From IMG/VR virus record IMGVR_UViG_3300028429_000229: a stretch of DNA of 42,577 nt; one strand, 5' to 3'. Shown here in pieces: positions 34,689 to 41,923 of the stretch; position 1 is the stretch's first letter; each line of letters starts with the position of its first letter. Position numbers and translations under genes: made by a program. Below the pieces are notes generated by a model. It saw only the letters and a list, made by a program, of their open reading frames with translations. It ran no database searches and was not told where the DNA came from. The stretch is from a virus.

Positions 34689-34719
34689 GGCAGAGCGCCG
34701 GAACACGGCGCGCTCTGCC
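34689..34719. other. Strong GC hairpin in the control region
   Basis: ggcagagcgc...gcgctctgcc, perfect 10-bp arms. On the minus strand it is followed by tctttatgatg. Confidence 0.6.
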
Positions 34720-34742
34720 CGTCTCGTGTTGTGGTGGATTGG

Positions 34743-34804
34743 GGGCGGGATAAGGCGACACATAGAGGCCCCGTGTGGCCTATGTGGTGCTATATCTTCC
34801 GCCC
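34743..34804. other. About 60-nt extended imperfect hairpin (candidate structured RNA or DNA element)
   Basis: The outer stem gggcggga/ttccgccc encloses the inner stem ggcgacacatagaggcc/ggcctatgtggtgc, which has a 2-nt bulge and one mismatch. Confidence 0.45.
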
Positions 34805-34859
34805 TGTAATCGGATAGATTGGTTGTGTCGCCGGTTCGGTGTGTCAGCGTGACAACGGG

Positions 34860-34883
34860 GGTTATGCTCGAATTGAGAATAAG
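34860..34883. repeat. 24-bp imperfect direct repeat, copy 1
   Basis: ggttatgctcgaattgagaataag versus copy 2, 20 of 24 identical. Contains the TTATGC half-site. Confidence 0.7.
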
Positions 34884-34928
34884 CGCGGCGGTGTTGCAGT
34901 GAATTGCAGAGGAAAAGCCGTGCGCGTT

Positions 34929-34952
34929 GGTTATGCTCAGGTTGAGGATAAG
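34929..34952. repeat. 24-bp imperfect direct repeat, copy 2
   Basis: ggttatgctcaggttgaggataag. Confidence 0.7.
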
Positions 34953-35002
34953 GTGCTACGGGCGCTTACCTGATCCGCCGGTCTCGATCAGCCAGACTGC
35001 GC

Positions 35003-35066
35003 AACAATATTTCAATAATAACATAAAGTTGCGCCAAACAACCGTATCTTAAAATAAAACATCACG
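35003..35066. other. AT-rich tract in an otherwise GC-rich genome
   Basis: aacaatatttcaataataacataaagtt...cttaaaataaaacatcac. Confidence 0.7.
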
Positions 35067-35079
35067 AAAGCACCGGCTC

Positions 35080-35096
35080 GCGCAATTTTATTGCGC
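35080..35096. repeat. Perfect palindrome GCGCAAT-ttt-ATTGCGC
   Basis: Read directly from the sequence. Confidence 0.85.
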
Positions 35097-35130
35097 ATCG
35101 CATTCCGCTGATCCGCCCCAGCTTGCCCGA

Positions 35131-35178
35131 TTGTTGGGCTTTTTGTTGGGCTTTTTGTTGGGCTTTTTGTTGGGCTTT
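35131..35178. repeat. Tandem repeat, 12 bp x 4 (ttgttgggcttt)
   Basis: Four perfect head-to-tail copies. It yields the QQKA repeat in a spurious minus-strand ORF. Confidence 0.95.
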
Positions 35179-35180
35179 CC

Positions 35181-35202
35181 CGATATCGGCATGACGATAT
35201 CG
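35181..35202. repeat. Two copies of the 8-bp palindrome CGATATCG, 14 bp apart
   Basis: Copies at 35181-35188 and 35195-35202. Confidence 0.85.
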
Positions 35203-35230
35203 CAGCAATATTAACAGCTTAGCGCCGCAA

Positions 35231-35255
35231 TGCGGTTCCCCGCCGAGGAACCGCA
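35231..35255. other. Perfect 9-bp hairpin
   Basis: tgcggttcc-ccgccga-ggaaccgca. Confidence 0.7.
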
Positions 35256-35492
35256 GCGTCACGCGCACGCACATGCGCGCGCCATGCGAGACGCGCGTGC
35301 TGGCGCGATGCTGACCAGGCCGGGGCGGGTCCCCCACCGCGCCGCCACACCGCCGCGCGAGTCCTGATCCACGTTTTTCCGGATCGTCGAACCGCCGTAA
35401 CGCCAACGTGACAACTCTGCACCCCCTCCCCAAGTCGGCAAAAAGCTGCTATAGCAACTTGACAACCCATCAGAACCAATGGCAGACATACC

Positions 35493-35513
35493 GACATGCG
35501 CAAGGACCCGCCC
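35493..35513 (+). repeat. 21-bp direct repeat GACATGCGCAAGGACCCGCCC, copy 1
   Basis: Identical to 36034..36054. A partial third copy TGCGCAAGGA lies at 35574-35583. Confidence 0.9.
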
Positions 35514-35591
35514 TTGCCCTTTGCGCCGCTTTCTGCCGCGCGATGGCCGCGAAATCGAAGTGACTGGCATCCTTGCGCAAGGAGAGGACCG

Positions 35592-36035
35592 ATGTCGGAC
35601 GTTATTCAACTTGACGATCACCGGAGCCCAAAAGGGAGCGAACCTGGCCCGGACGCGGTTTGGCGGTGTGGGTGCGGATGTACAAGCTACTTCGCTCGGG
35701 CGGACGGACAGCTTGAGTGTGTGAGTTGCGGGTCTGTGGCCGACGGAGTGAACGGGGAGTGGCGGGCGAAGTTGCCGGACGCGAGCGCGCAACCACTGGC
35801 CCCGATGGAAACAGGAGGCTCCACGATTGTTACGGCACTTGGGTCAAGCGGGGCAGCGTGCCGACGCATTCTCGCGGCCGACCCCGAGGAGCTTGTTGCG
35901 GCCATTACTTTTGATAAAAACGGCACCATCGGGGCGTGGGGCCTCGGTTTTAACTGCCGCGAGAAACTGGAATGGCTCGATGAAAAGCTGGCGGTGGCGC
36001 GAAAGCTACTGACGGAAACAGGGAAACCGACCTGA
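35592..36035 (+). CDS. Zinc-ribbon protein, first gene of the rightward operon
   Basis: ATG 35592 with AAGGAGAGG RBS. Motif WRCGCGCTSYF...LECVSCG (Cys cluster plus CxxC). Confidence 0.65.
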   Translation: MSDVIQLDDHRSPKGSEPGPDAVWRCGCGCTSYFARADGQLECVSCGSVADGVNGEWRAKLPDASAQPLAPMETGGSTIVTALGSSGAACRRILAADPEELVAAITFDKNGTIGAWGLGFNCREKLEWLDEKLAVARKLLTETGKPT

Positions 36036-36054
36036 CATGCGCAAGGACCCGCCC
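36034..36054 (+). repeat. 21-bp direct repeat, copy 2
   Basis: Spans the stop of 35592..36035 and ATG 36037. Confidence 0.9.
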
Positions 36055-36855
36055 CACAAAACCGCACACGGCATCATGGGCCGCCCGAGATTGCCGGCGC
36101 CGCTACCGCCGGGCGAACTGCCCGACGAGAACAGCCGGATATGGTCGTATCCGCCCGCGGCGATCCGGCACGGGGAGGCGCATATCCAGCCGGATACGCG
36201 AGAGTGGTTCCGCCAGAAGGACGGCGTTGTGGCGATCTGCCGGTTCTACCCGGATCATCCGCGCTGGAACCTTGGGGCGGACAAGAAATCGAACATCCTG
36301 AATGACCAGATTTGCGGCGAGGTCCATATGCTCGCGCGCATCGAGGCCGGGCTGCCCGAGCTGCCCAAGGTTGCCATCCGGCAGATGGAAGTGAAGCAGG
36401 TCCAGGCGGACACGGCGTTTCGGCTGGTATCCGCCGTGCGCAAGGTATCCACGTCGGAGCGGCTGACGGATACGCTCGAGCGTTTGGCCGATCGGCAGCC
36501 GGGGCAGTATCTGAAGCTGGTGCGCGATCTGGCGCGGTCAACCTATCTGCCGGCCGGGGTTGAGCCGGTGCAGCACGCGCCGGACAGCAAGCAACTTGAT
36601 TTGATCATCGAGGCGCTCGGGGATGAGCTTCGGCGTCGCGAGCAGGAGATGAAGATCATCACGGTCAACCCGCAGGACGTAGAATTTGCGGAGCCGGCGG
36701 ATGCGTTCGTGACACGGGCGATGGTGCTGCACGACGCGGCGAATATCACGGAGGACCGGAAACCCGGCCTCGTGGCGCCGGACGACAGCCGGGCAGTCAC
36801 GGGACTGCGCGGGGTTGTTGATGTCAACGCGGAGGATTACGACGATGGGTGGTAG
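36037..36855 (+). CDS. Hypothetical protein, possible terminase small subunit or DNA-binding protein
   Basis: 272 aa. Alternative start at 36076 (MGRPRLP, an N-terminus common in small terminases). No strong RBS for either start. Confidence 0.55.
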   Translation: MRKDPPHKTAHGIMGRPRLPAPLPPGELPDENSRIWSYPPAAIRHGEAHIQPDTREWFRQKDGVVAICRFYPDHPRWNLGADKKSNILNDQICGEVHMLARIEAGLPELPKVAIRQMEVKQVQADTAFRLVSAVRKVSTSERLTDTLERLADRQPGQYLKLVRDLARSTYLPAGVEPVQHAPDSKQLDLIIEALGDELRRREQEMKIITVNPQDVEFAEPADAFVTRAMVLHDAANITEDRKPGLVAPDDSRAVTGLRGVVDVNAEDYDDGW

Positions 36856-36991
36856 CTTCTGGTTGGCGGTTGCTGCGATTGGCTCCCTCATCCTGCTGCT
36901 GGCGAGCGCCAGTCATGCGCGCTCGTGGCGCAATGCGCCCCGCTCACCCGACCCACTTTCCGTCGCCACCAAAACAGGAAAAACGAAATGA
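36845..36991 (+). CDS. Small signal-peptide or membrane protein (48 aa, below the ORF-track cut-off)
   Basis: My translation: MGGSFWLAVAAIGSLILLLASASHARSW...KTGKTK. The ATG overlaps the upstream 3' end and the TGA overlaps the next ATG (ATGA). Confidence 0.45.
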   Translation: MGGSFWLAVAAIGSLILLLASASHARSWRNAPRSPDPLSVATKTGKTK

Positions 36992-37518
36992 GTGAACGTC
37001 TTGAGGCGATCCGCGCGGCGAATGCGGGCAAACTGGTCGATACGGCCAAGGGGTTGTCGCGCGAGGAAGTGCGCGAGCAGACGTTCTCCGCCGACGCGCG
37101 CAAGGCCCGCGATCTGGTGAAGGCGCAGGCGTGGCAGTCGCTGCCCGATCTGGCGCGCGCCATGCTGCCTCTGATCCTTGAGAAATCGCTGAAGCAGAAG
37201 CTCGGCGCGGCGATCGAGGAACTGGCCGCAGCGAACGACGAGTACCGCACGGTCGAGACGCTGCCGCCCGGTATGGTGCAGTGGATGGGCGGATACACGA
37301 TGTCGAACGGCCTGCTGCCGCAGCTTCTCGACGGGGTGCCCGAGCACAAGCGCCGGTTTGCGAAAGCGTGGAACGGGCTGCTCGTCACGGTGAACGAGAT
37401 CACCAAGGTCGGCATCACCAAGCGCTCGCGCTCGCTGCCGATTACGCTGCAGGTCGATCTCGACGCAACCGAGGTTTCACGGGTTCAGGTTCAGGGGTTC
37501 AGCGCCGATGGCTGGTGA
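36988..37518 (+). CDS. Hypothetical protein, alternative terminase small subunit candidate
   Basis: 176 aa counted from ATG 36988 (AGGA upstream). Helical N-terminus. Size and position upstream of terL. Confidence 0.55.
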   Translation: MSERLEAIRAANAGKLVDTAKGLSREEVREQTFSADARKARDLVKAQAWQSLPDLARAMLPLILEKSLKQKLGAAIEELAAANDEYRTVETLPPGMVQWMGGYTMSNGLLPQLLDGVPEHKRRFAKAWNGLLVTVNEITKVGITKRSRSLPITLQVDLDATEVSRVQVQGFSADGW

Positions 37519-37783
37519 ACTGGACGACCTGATCGGCGAGCGGGGGAAAACTCACGGCGACTATGCGGCCGTGGCGGACACTTACGCCACGCTGCTCGCG
37601 GCATGGCAATCCTCTGGCCAGCCACTGCCGGAAACGTCCGCCCTTGCGCTGACGATGATCTTCGTGAAGATTGCGCGCATTCTCAACGGCGACCCGAGCC
37701 ACGCCGATCACTGGATCGACATTGCCGGGTACGCCAAGTTGGTGGCGGATCATCTCAGCCATGGACCTGACCAAACTCACTGA
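37508..37783 (+). CDS. Conserved small phage protein (DUF6378-like pattern)
   Basis: GERGKTHGDY...IFVKIARILNGDPSHADHWIDIAGYAKL. Overlaps the terL start by 23 nt. Confidence 0.55.
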   Translation: MAGELDDLIGERGKTHGDYAAVADTYATLLAAWQSSGQPLPETSALALTMIFVKIARILNGDPSHADHWIDIAGYAKLVADHLSHGPDQTH

Positions 37784-39209
37784 CGAGCAGATCCGCGATG
37801 CCCTGCGCCGGCTTGAGGCGCAGAAGCACGAGGCGGCCAAGCTCAAGAAACTGGAAGATTACCAGCCCTACGCCAAGCAGAAGCTGTTCCATCAGCACGG
37901 CGCCGCGTATCGCGAACGGCTGTTCGCGGCGGGCAATCAGCTTGGCAAGACGTATTCCGGCGCCGCGGAACTCGCCATGCACCTGACCGGGATGTACCCG
38001 CCGTGGTGGAACGGCAGGCGCTGGTCCCGCCCAACCTCGTGGCTCGCCGGATCGGAAAGCGGCGAACTGACCCGAGACGGTATGCAGCGCCTGCTGATGG
38101 GGCCGCCGTCGATCGAGGAACAATGGGGCACGGGGCTGATCCCGCGCGACATGATCGCGCAGAAACCCAAGCGCCGCCCCGGCGTCAAGGACGCGATCGA
38201 CGCCGTGGTTGTGAACCACGTGCAGGGCGGACAGTCCGTCGTGCGCTTCAAGTCGTTCGATCAGGGTCGGTCGAAGTGGCAGGCCGACACCGTGGACGGC
38301 GTGTGGATGGACGAAGAGCCGCCATACGACGTGTACGAGGAAGCGATCACCCGCACCAACGCCACGCAGGGCATGATTTACATCACGTTCACGCCGCTCA
38401 AGGGCATGTCCCAGGTCGTGATGAAGTTCTTCCAGACGCCCGGAAACGACCGCATCGTCGTGCAGATGACGATCGACGACGTGGATCACTACACCGCCGA
38501 GCACAAGGCGAAGATCATCGCGTCCTATGACGACGCGACCCGCGAGGCCCGCACCAAGGGCATCCCGGTCCTTGGCTCGGGCCGCGTCTTTCCGGTGCCC
38601 GAGGAGATGATCAAGGTGTCACCGATCCGCATTCCTGATCACTGGTCGCGGCTCGGGGCGCTGGACTTCGGGTGGGACCATCCGACCGCCGCCGTCGAGA
38701 TGGCATGGGACCGCGACACCGATACGATCTACGTGATTCGGGAATACCGCCAGACCAAGAAAACGCCGGCCGAGCACGGCACGGTTCTGCGCCAATGGGG
38801 CCAGTGGTTGCCGTGGATGTGGCCGCATGACGGCGAGCGCTCGGGCATCGACGGCGGTATCGCCATGGCGAAGCAGTACAAGAACGCCGGGCTGATCGTG
38901 CATCCGACCCATGTAACATTTGATGACGGCTCGATCGCGGTCGAGGCGGGCATCATGGAGATGCTGACCCGCATGAACGAGGGCCGGTGGAAGGTGTTCG
39001 ACACCTGCCCGATGTGGTTCAACGAGTTCTCCCTGTACCATCGCAAGGACGGCCTGATCGTCAAGTTGAACGACGACTTGATCTCGGCGAGCCGCTACGG
39101 CATGATGGGCAGGCGCTTCGGTCGAACGCCGAACCGCAGGCCGTCGTGGAACGGCGATTTCAGGTCCGTCACCGCGCTCGGCACGGGCGAGGTTAGGTTT
39201 GGAGGTTAG
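37761..39209 (+). CDS. terL: Terminase large subunit
   Basis: 482 aa counted from ATG 37761. AAGNQLGKTYSGA (Walker A-like), HLTGMYPPWWNGRRW, and the C-terminal nuclease region LDFGWDHPTA. Confidence 0.85.
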   Translation: MDLTKLTDEQIRDALRRLEAQKHEAAKLKKLEDYQPYAKQKLFHQHGAAYRERLFAAGNQLGKTYSGAAELAMHLTGMYPPWWNGRRWSRPTSWLAGSESGELTRDGMQRLLMGPPSIEEQWGTGLIPRDMIAQKPKRRPGVKDAIDAVVVNHVQGGQSVVRFKSFDQGRSKWQADTVDGVWMDEEPPYDVYEEAITRTNATQGMIYITFTPLKGMSQVVMKFFQTPGNDRIVVQMTIDDVDHYTAEHKAKIIASYDDATREARTKGIPVLGSGRVFPVPEEMIKVSPIRIPDHWSRLGALDFGWDHPTAAVEMAWDRDTDTIYVIREYRQTKKTPAEHGTVLRQWGQWLPWMWPHDGERSGIDGGIAMAKQYKNAGLIVHPTHVTFDDGSIAVEAGIMEMLTRMNEGRWKVFDTCPMWFNEFSLYHRKDGLIVKLNDDLISASRYGMMGRRFGRTPNRRPSWNGDFRSVTALGTGEVRFGG

Positions 39210-39213
39210 CCCC

Positions 39214-39405
39214 ATGGCAACGTTGTTTGGTGGCAGTGGACCGAAGCCGCAGCCGCCCGCCCCGCCGCCGCCGCAGGTCGATGACGCCGTTGCGCGGATG
39301 AACGAGCAGGATCGCGTTGCGCGCCGCTCGGGCCGCCGTACCAGCATCCTGACCAGTGAAAGCGGGCTGCCCGACCTTGGCACCACGACGCGGACGGGCC
39401 AGTGA
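39214..39405 (+). CDS. Small Pro-rich protein between terminase and portal
   Basis: 63 aa counted from ATG 39214 (GGAGG RBS). Motif RRTSILTSESGLPDLG. Confidence 0.55.
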   Translation: MATLFGGSGPKPQPPAPPPPQVDDAVARMNEQDRVARRSGRRTSILTSESGLPDLGTTTRTGQ

Positions 39406-41084
39406 CGATGTACGGCGGCGCGGACGACAAGGCTAAATGGCACAGCGAACGGCTGGCGAAGCTCAAGACGAACCGCGTCAACTTTGACAGCCGGTGGGAT
39501 CGCATTGCGCGCCTTGTGCTGCCGTCCGCCGTCGGCTTCCAGACGACCTACTTTCCCGGCAGCCGCCAGGATTACGACATTTTCGACAGCACGGCGCAGC
39601 TCGCGCTGCCCCGCTTCGCCGCCGCGATCGACACTTTGGTCACTCCGCAAACGACGCGCTGGCACACGCTGGTCCCGAAGCGCAAGACCCTGCGCCAGAA
39701 CCAGCGCGTGCGCCGCTTCTGCGACGACCTGACGGATCTGCTGTTCTCTGTGCGGTATTCGCCGCGCGCCAATTTCGCAAGCCGGGTCAACGAGGTCTAT
39801 ACCAGCGTCGGCGCATTCGGGAATGGCGTGCTGTACATCCACGACGCGCGGCCCGGCATCCGGTATATCACGGTTCACCTGTCCGAGATTTGGTTCGACG
39901 AGGACGCGCAAGGCCGCATCGACACCGCGTATTGGGAGCACGAGTACACCGTGCGTCAGGCCGCCGAAAAGTTCGGCGTGGAAAAGTTGCCGCCCGACAT
40001 CGCGGCGGACATCGAGAAAAATCCACAGCGCTCGGTCAAGTTCTGCAAAGCTGTGTACCCGCGCCGCGACCGTGACCCAAAGAAGCGCGACGCCAAGAAC
40101 ATGCCGTTCGCGTCCTGCACGTTCATCGTCGGCAAGGACAGCACGATTGTCGAGGAAAGCGGCTACCGCACATTCCCGTTCGCGGTTGCCCGTGACGTCA
40201 CCGCGCCGCGCGAGATCTATGCACGCGGTGCTGCCGAGCGATGCCTCGCGGATAACCTAACCTTGCAGGAGATGGCCAAGACCAGCCTGCGCTACGGCCA
40301 GCTTGTCACTGATCCGCCGTGGCTGGCGGTCGATGGCGACAGCCTTGACCCGTTCGCGGCCCGGCCCGGCGCGGTCAATTACGGTTATCTCGGGGCAGAC
40401 GGGCAGCCGCGCGTCGCGCCGCTGCGTCCGCAGGGCGACCCCGGCTTCGGGCTGGAATTGCAGGACCAGCGCCGGCAGGCCATCAACAATGCGTTTCTCG
40501 TCAATCTGTTTCAGGTGCTCGTCGAGAACACGAAGCGCATGACGGCCACTGAGGTCATGCAGCTTGTGCAGGAGAAAGGTGCGCTGCTCGGGCCGCTCGG
40601 CGGGCGGCTGCGCACCGAGTTCCTGTCCGTCATCATCGAGCGTGAGATCGACATCCTGTTCAACGCGGGCGTCGTGTCGGTGAACGACATTCCCGCCGAA
40701 CTGGTCGAGGCCGGCGGGGAGATCGACTTTGAATACGACAGCCCACTGACCCGCGCCATGCGCGCCGAGGAAGGCGTCGGCATCCTGCGCACCTTGGAGT
40801 TCGTCAGCCAGGCGGCCACACAGGTCGCGGCGGCGGATCAGGATCGCGCACGGCGGATCGTGCAGAAGGTCAACTACGAGCGGGCACTGGAACGCATCAC
40901 GGAACTCAACGGCGCCCCGGCGGACATCATGTTCACCGACGACGAAGTGGCCGAGATGGAAGCCGGGCAGCAGCAGCAGGTGCAGGCGCAGCAGATGCTT
41001 CAGGCCGCGCCTGTCATCGCCGACACCGTGAAAACCTTGGCGGAAGCGAACAGCGTTGCCGGAAACCAAACCGCCGTGATATAG
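39402..41084 (+). CDS. Portal (head-to-tail connector) protein
   Basis: 560 aa. N-terminal RLAKLKTNRVNFDSRWDRIARLVLP...FDSTAQLALPRFAAAIDTLVTPQTTRWH is typical of T7-type connector proteins. Follows terL. Confidence 0.85.
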   Translation: MTMYGGADDKAKWHSERLAKLKTNRVNFDSRWDRIARLVLPSAVGFQTTYFPGSRQDYDIFDSTAQLALPRFAAAIDTLVTPQTTRWHTLVPKRKTLRQNQRVRRFCDDLTDLLFSVRYSPRANFASRVNEVYTSVGAFGNGVLYIHDARPGIRYITVHLSEIWFDEDAQGRIDTAYWEHEYTVRQAAEKFGVEKLPPDIAADIEKNPQRSVKFCKAVYPRRDRDPKKRDAKNMPFASCTFIVGKDSTIVEESGYRTFPFAVARDVTAPREIYARGAAERCLADNLTLQEMAKTSLRYGQLVTDPPWLAVDGDSLDPFAARPGAVNYGYLGADGQPRVAPLRPQGDPGFGLELQDQRRQAINNAFLVNLFQVLVENTKRMTATEVMQLVQEKGALLGPLGGRLRTEFLSVIIEREIDILFNAGVVSVNDIPAELVEAGGEIDFEYDSPLTRAMRAEEGVGILRTLEFVSQAATQVAAADQDRARRIVQKVNYERALERITELNGAPADIMFTDDEVAEMEAGQQQQVQAQQMLQAAPVIADTVKTLAEANSVAGNQTAVI

Positions 41085-41093
41085 GACACAGCC

Positions 41094-41441
41094 ATGAGCA
41101 CCATCGACCCGACGATCCAGACGACAGATACCGGACTGATCCGCGTCACGTGGGCCGGTCTTGCGGCCGGCGACGACGGTGCACCGATCGACTATCCGGC
41201 CTACGCTGACCGCACCGTGCAGGTCAGCGGCGTGTTCAACGGCACGACGGTTGTGCTTGAGGGCTCGCTGCTCGATCCGCCAACCGCATGGGCCACGCTG
41301 ACCGACCAGCTTGGCAGTGAAGTGTCCATGTCCGGCGCCGACATCAAGCTTGTGGCCGAGGCAACGACATTCATACGCCCGCGCGTTTTCGGCGGGATTG
41401 ACGTCAACGTCAACGTTACGATGCTCCTGCGGAGGAAGTGA
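41094..41441 (+). CDS. Hypothetical beta-rich protein
   Basis: 115 aa, tightly packed after the portal gene. Confidence 0.6.
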   Translation: MSTIDPTIQTTDTGLIRVTWAGLAAGDDGAPIDYPAYADRTVQVSGVFNGTTVVLEGSLLDPPTAWATLTDQLGSEVSMSGADIKLVAEATTFIRPRVFGGIDVNVNVTMLLRRK

Positions 41442-41911
41442 TGACCGATATGTCGATCCGGGAGGCCCAAACGCAGGTCAAGAACCTGCTGACCACGTTT
41501 CGGGCGCTCAAGCATTTCGAGGCGATCATCGACACCGTGGCGTCTGCGGAGCAGCGCGTCGCCGATTTGGCGACCGTCGAGGCCGAAGCCCGCAAGCGCG
41601 TCGAGGAACTGGACGCGGCGATCACCGCGGCGCAGGAGAACTACGCCAAGCAGCTTTCGGATTTTTCGGCGCAGGCCAAGCAGATCGTCGAAGCTGCGCA
41701 GGAGCAGGCCAACCAGATGCGGGCCGACGCGGCGGCCGCGGTGAGCAACGCCAAAGTGGCGGCGGCCAAGGCCAGCAAGTCCGCCGAAAGTGCGCGAGAG
41801 GCCGAGGCCGAAGCCAGCGCGGCGGTTTCCGCGAAGCAACAGGAACTGGACGACCTTGAAGTCAAGATCGAACAGGCGAAGCAGACTATCCAGAAATTAC
41901 TGACCGGCTGA
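41438..41911 (+). CDS. Coiled-coil protein (Ala/Glu/Gln-rich)
   Basis: 157 aa. ATGA overlap. Heptad-like, low-complexity helical sequence. Confidence 0.6.
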   Translation: MMTDMSIREAQTQVKNLLTTFRALKHFEAIIDTVASAEQRVADLATVEAEARKRVEELDAAITAAQENYAKQLSDFSAQAKQIVEAAQEQANQMRADAAAAVSNAKVAAAKASKSAESAREAEAEASAAVSAKQQELDDLEVKIEQAKQTIQKLLTG

Positions 41912-41923
41912 TAGGGACACGAT

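Noticed and set aside
35131-35178. Possible CRISPR-like array.
   Set aside because: The 12-bp units are directly adjacent with no spacers, there are only four copies, and no cas genes are present. It is a simple tandem repeat.
35062-35433. 123-aa minus-strand ORF containing QQKAQQKAQQKAQQ.
   Set aside because: The repeat is simply the translation of the 12-bp x4 tandem array. There is no RBS, it sits in the divergent control region pointing away from any promoter I could see, and the rest is Arg-rich junk.
35459-35490. TTGACA at 35459-35464 as a standard sigma70 late promoter.
   Set aside because: No -10-like hexamer lies at 15-19 bp (gcagac or cagaca only). It is kept only as a possible activator-dependent element.
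34609-35591. tRNA or tmRNA-like gene in the ORF-free region.
   Set aside because: No GTTCGAATC-type T-loop with a matching acceptor stem and no cloverleaf could be drawn by eye. It should still be confirmed with tRNAscan-SE or ARAGORN.
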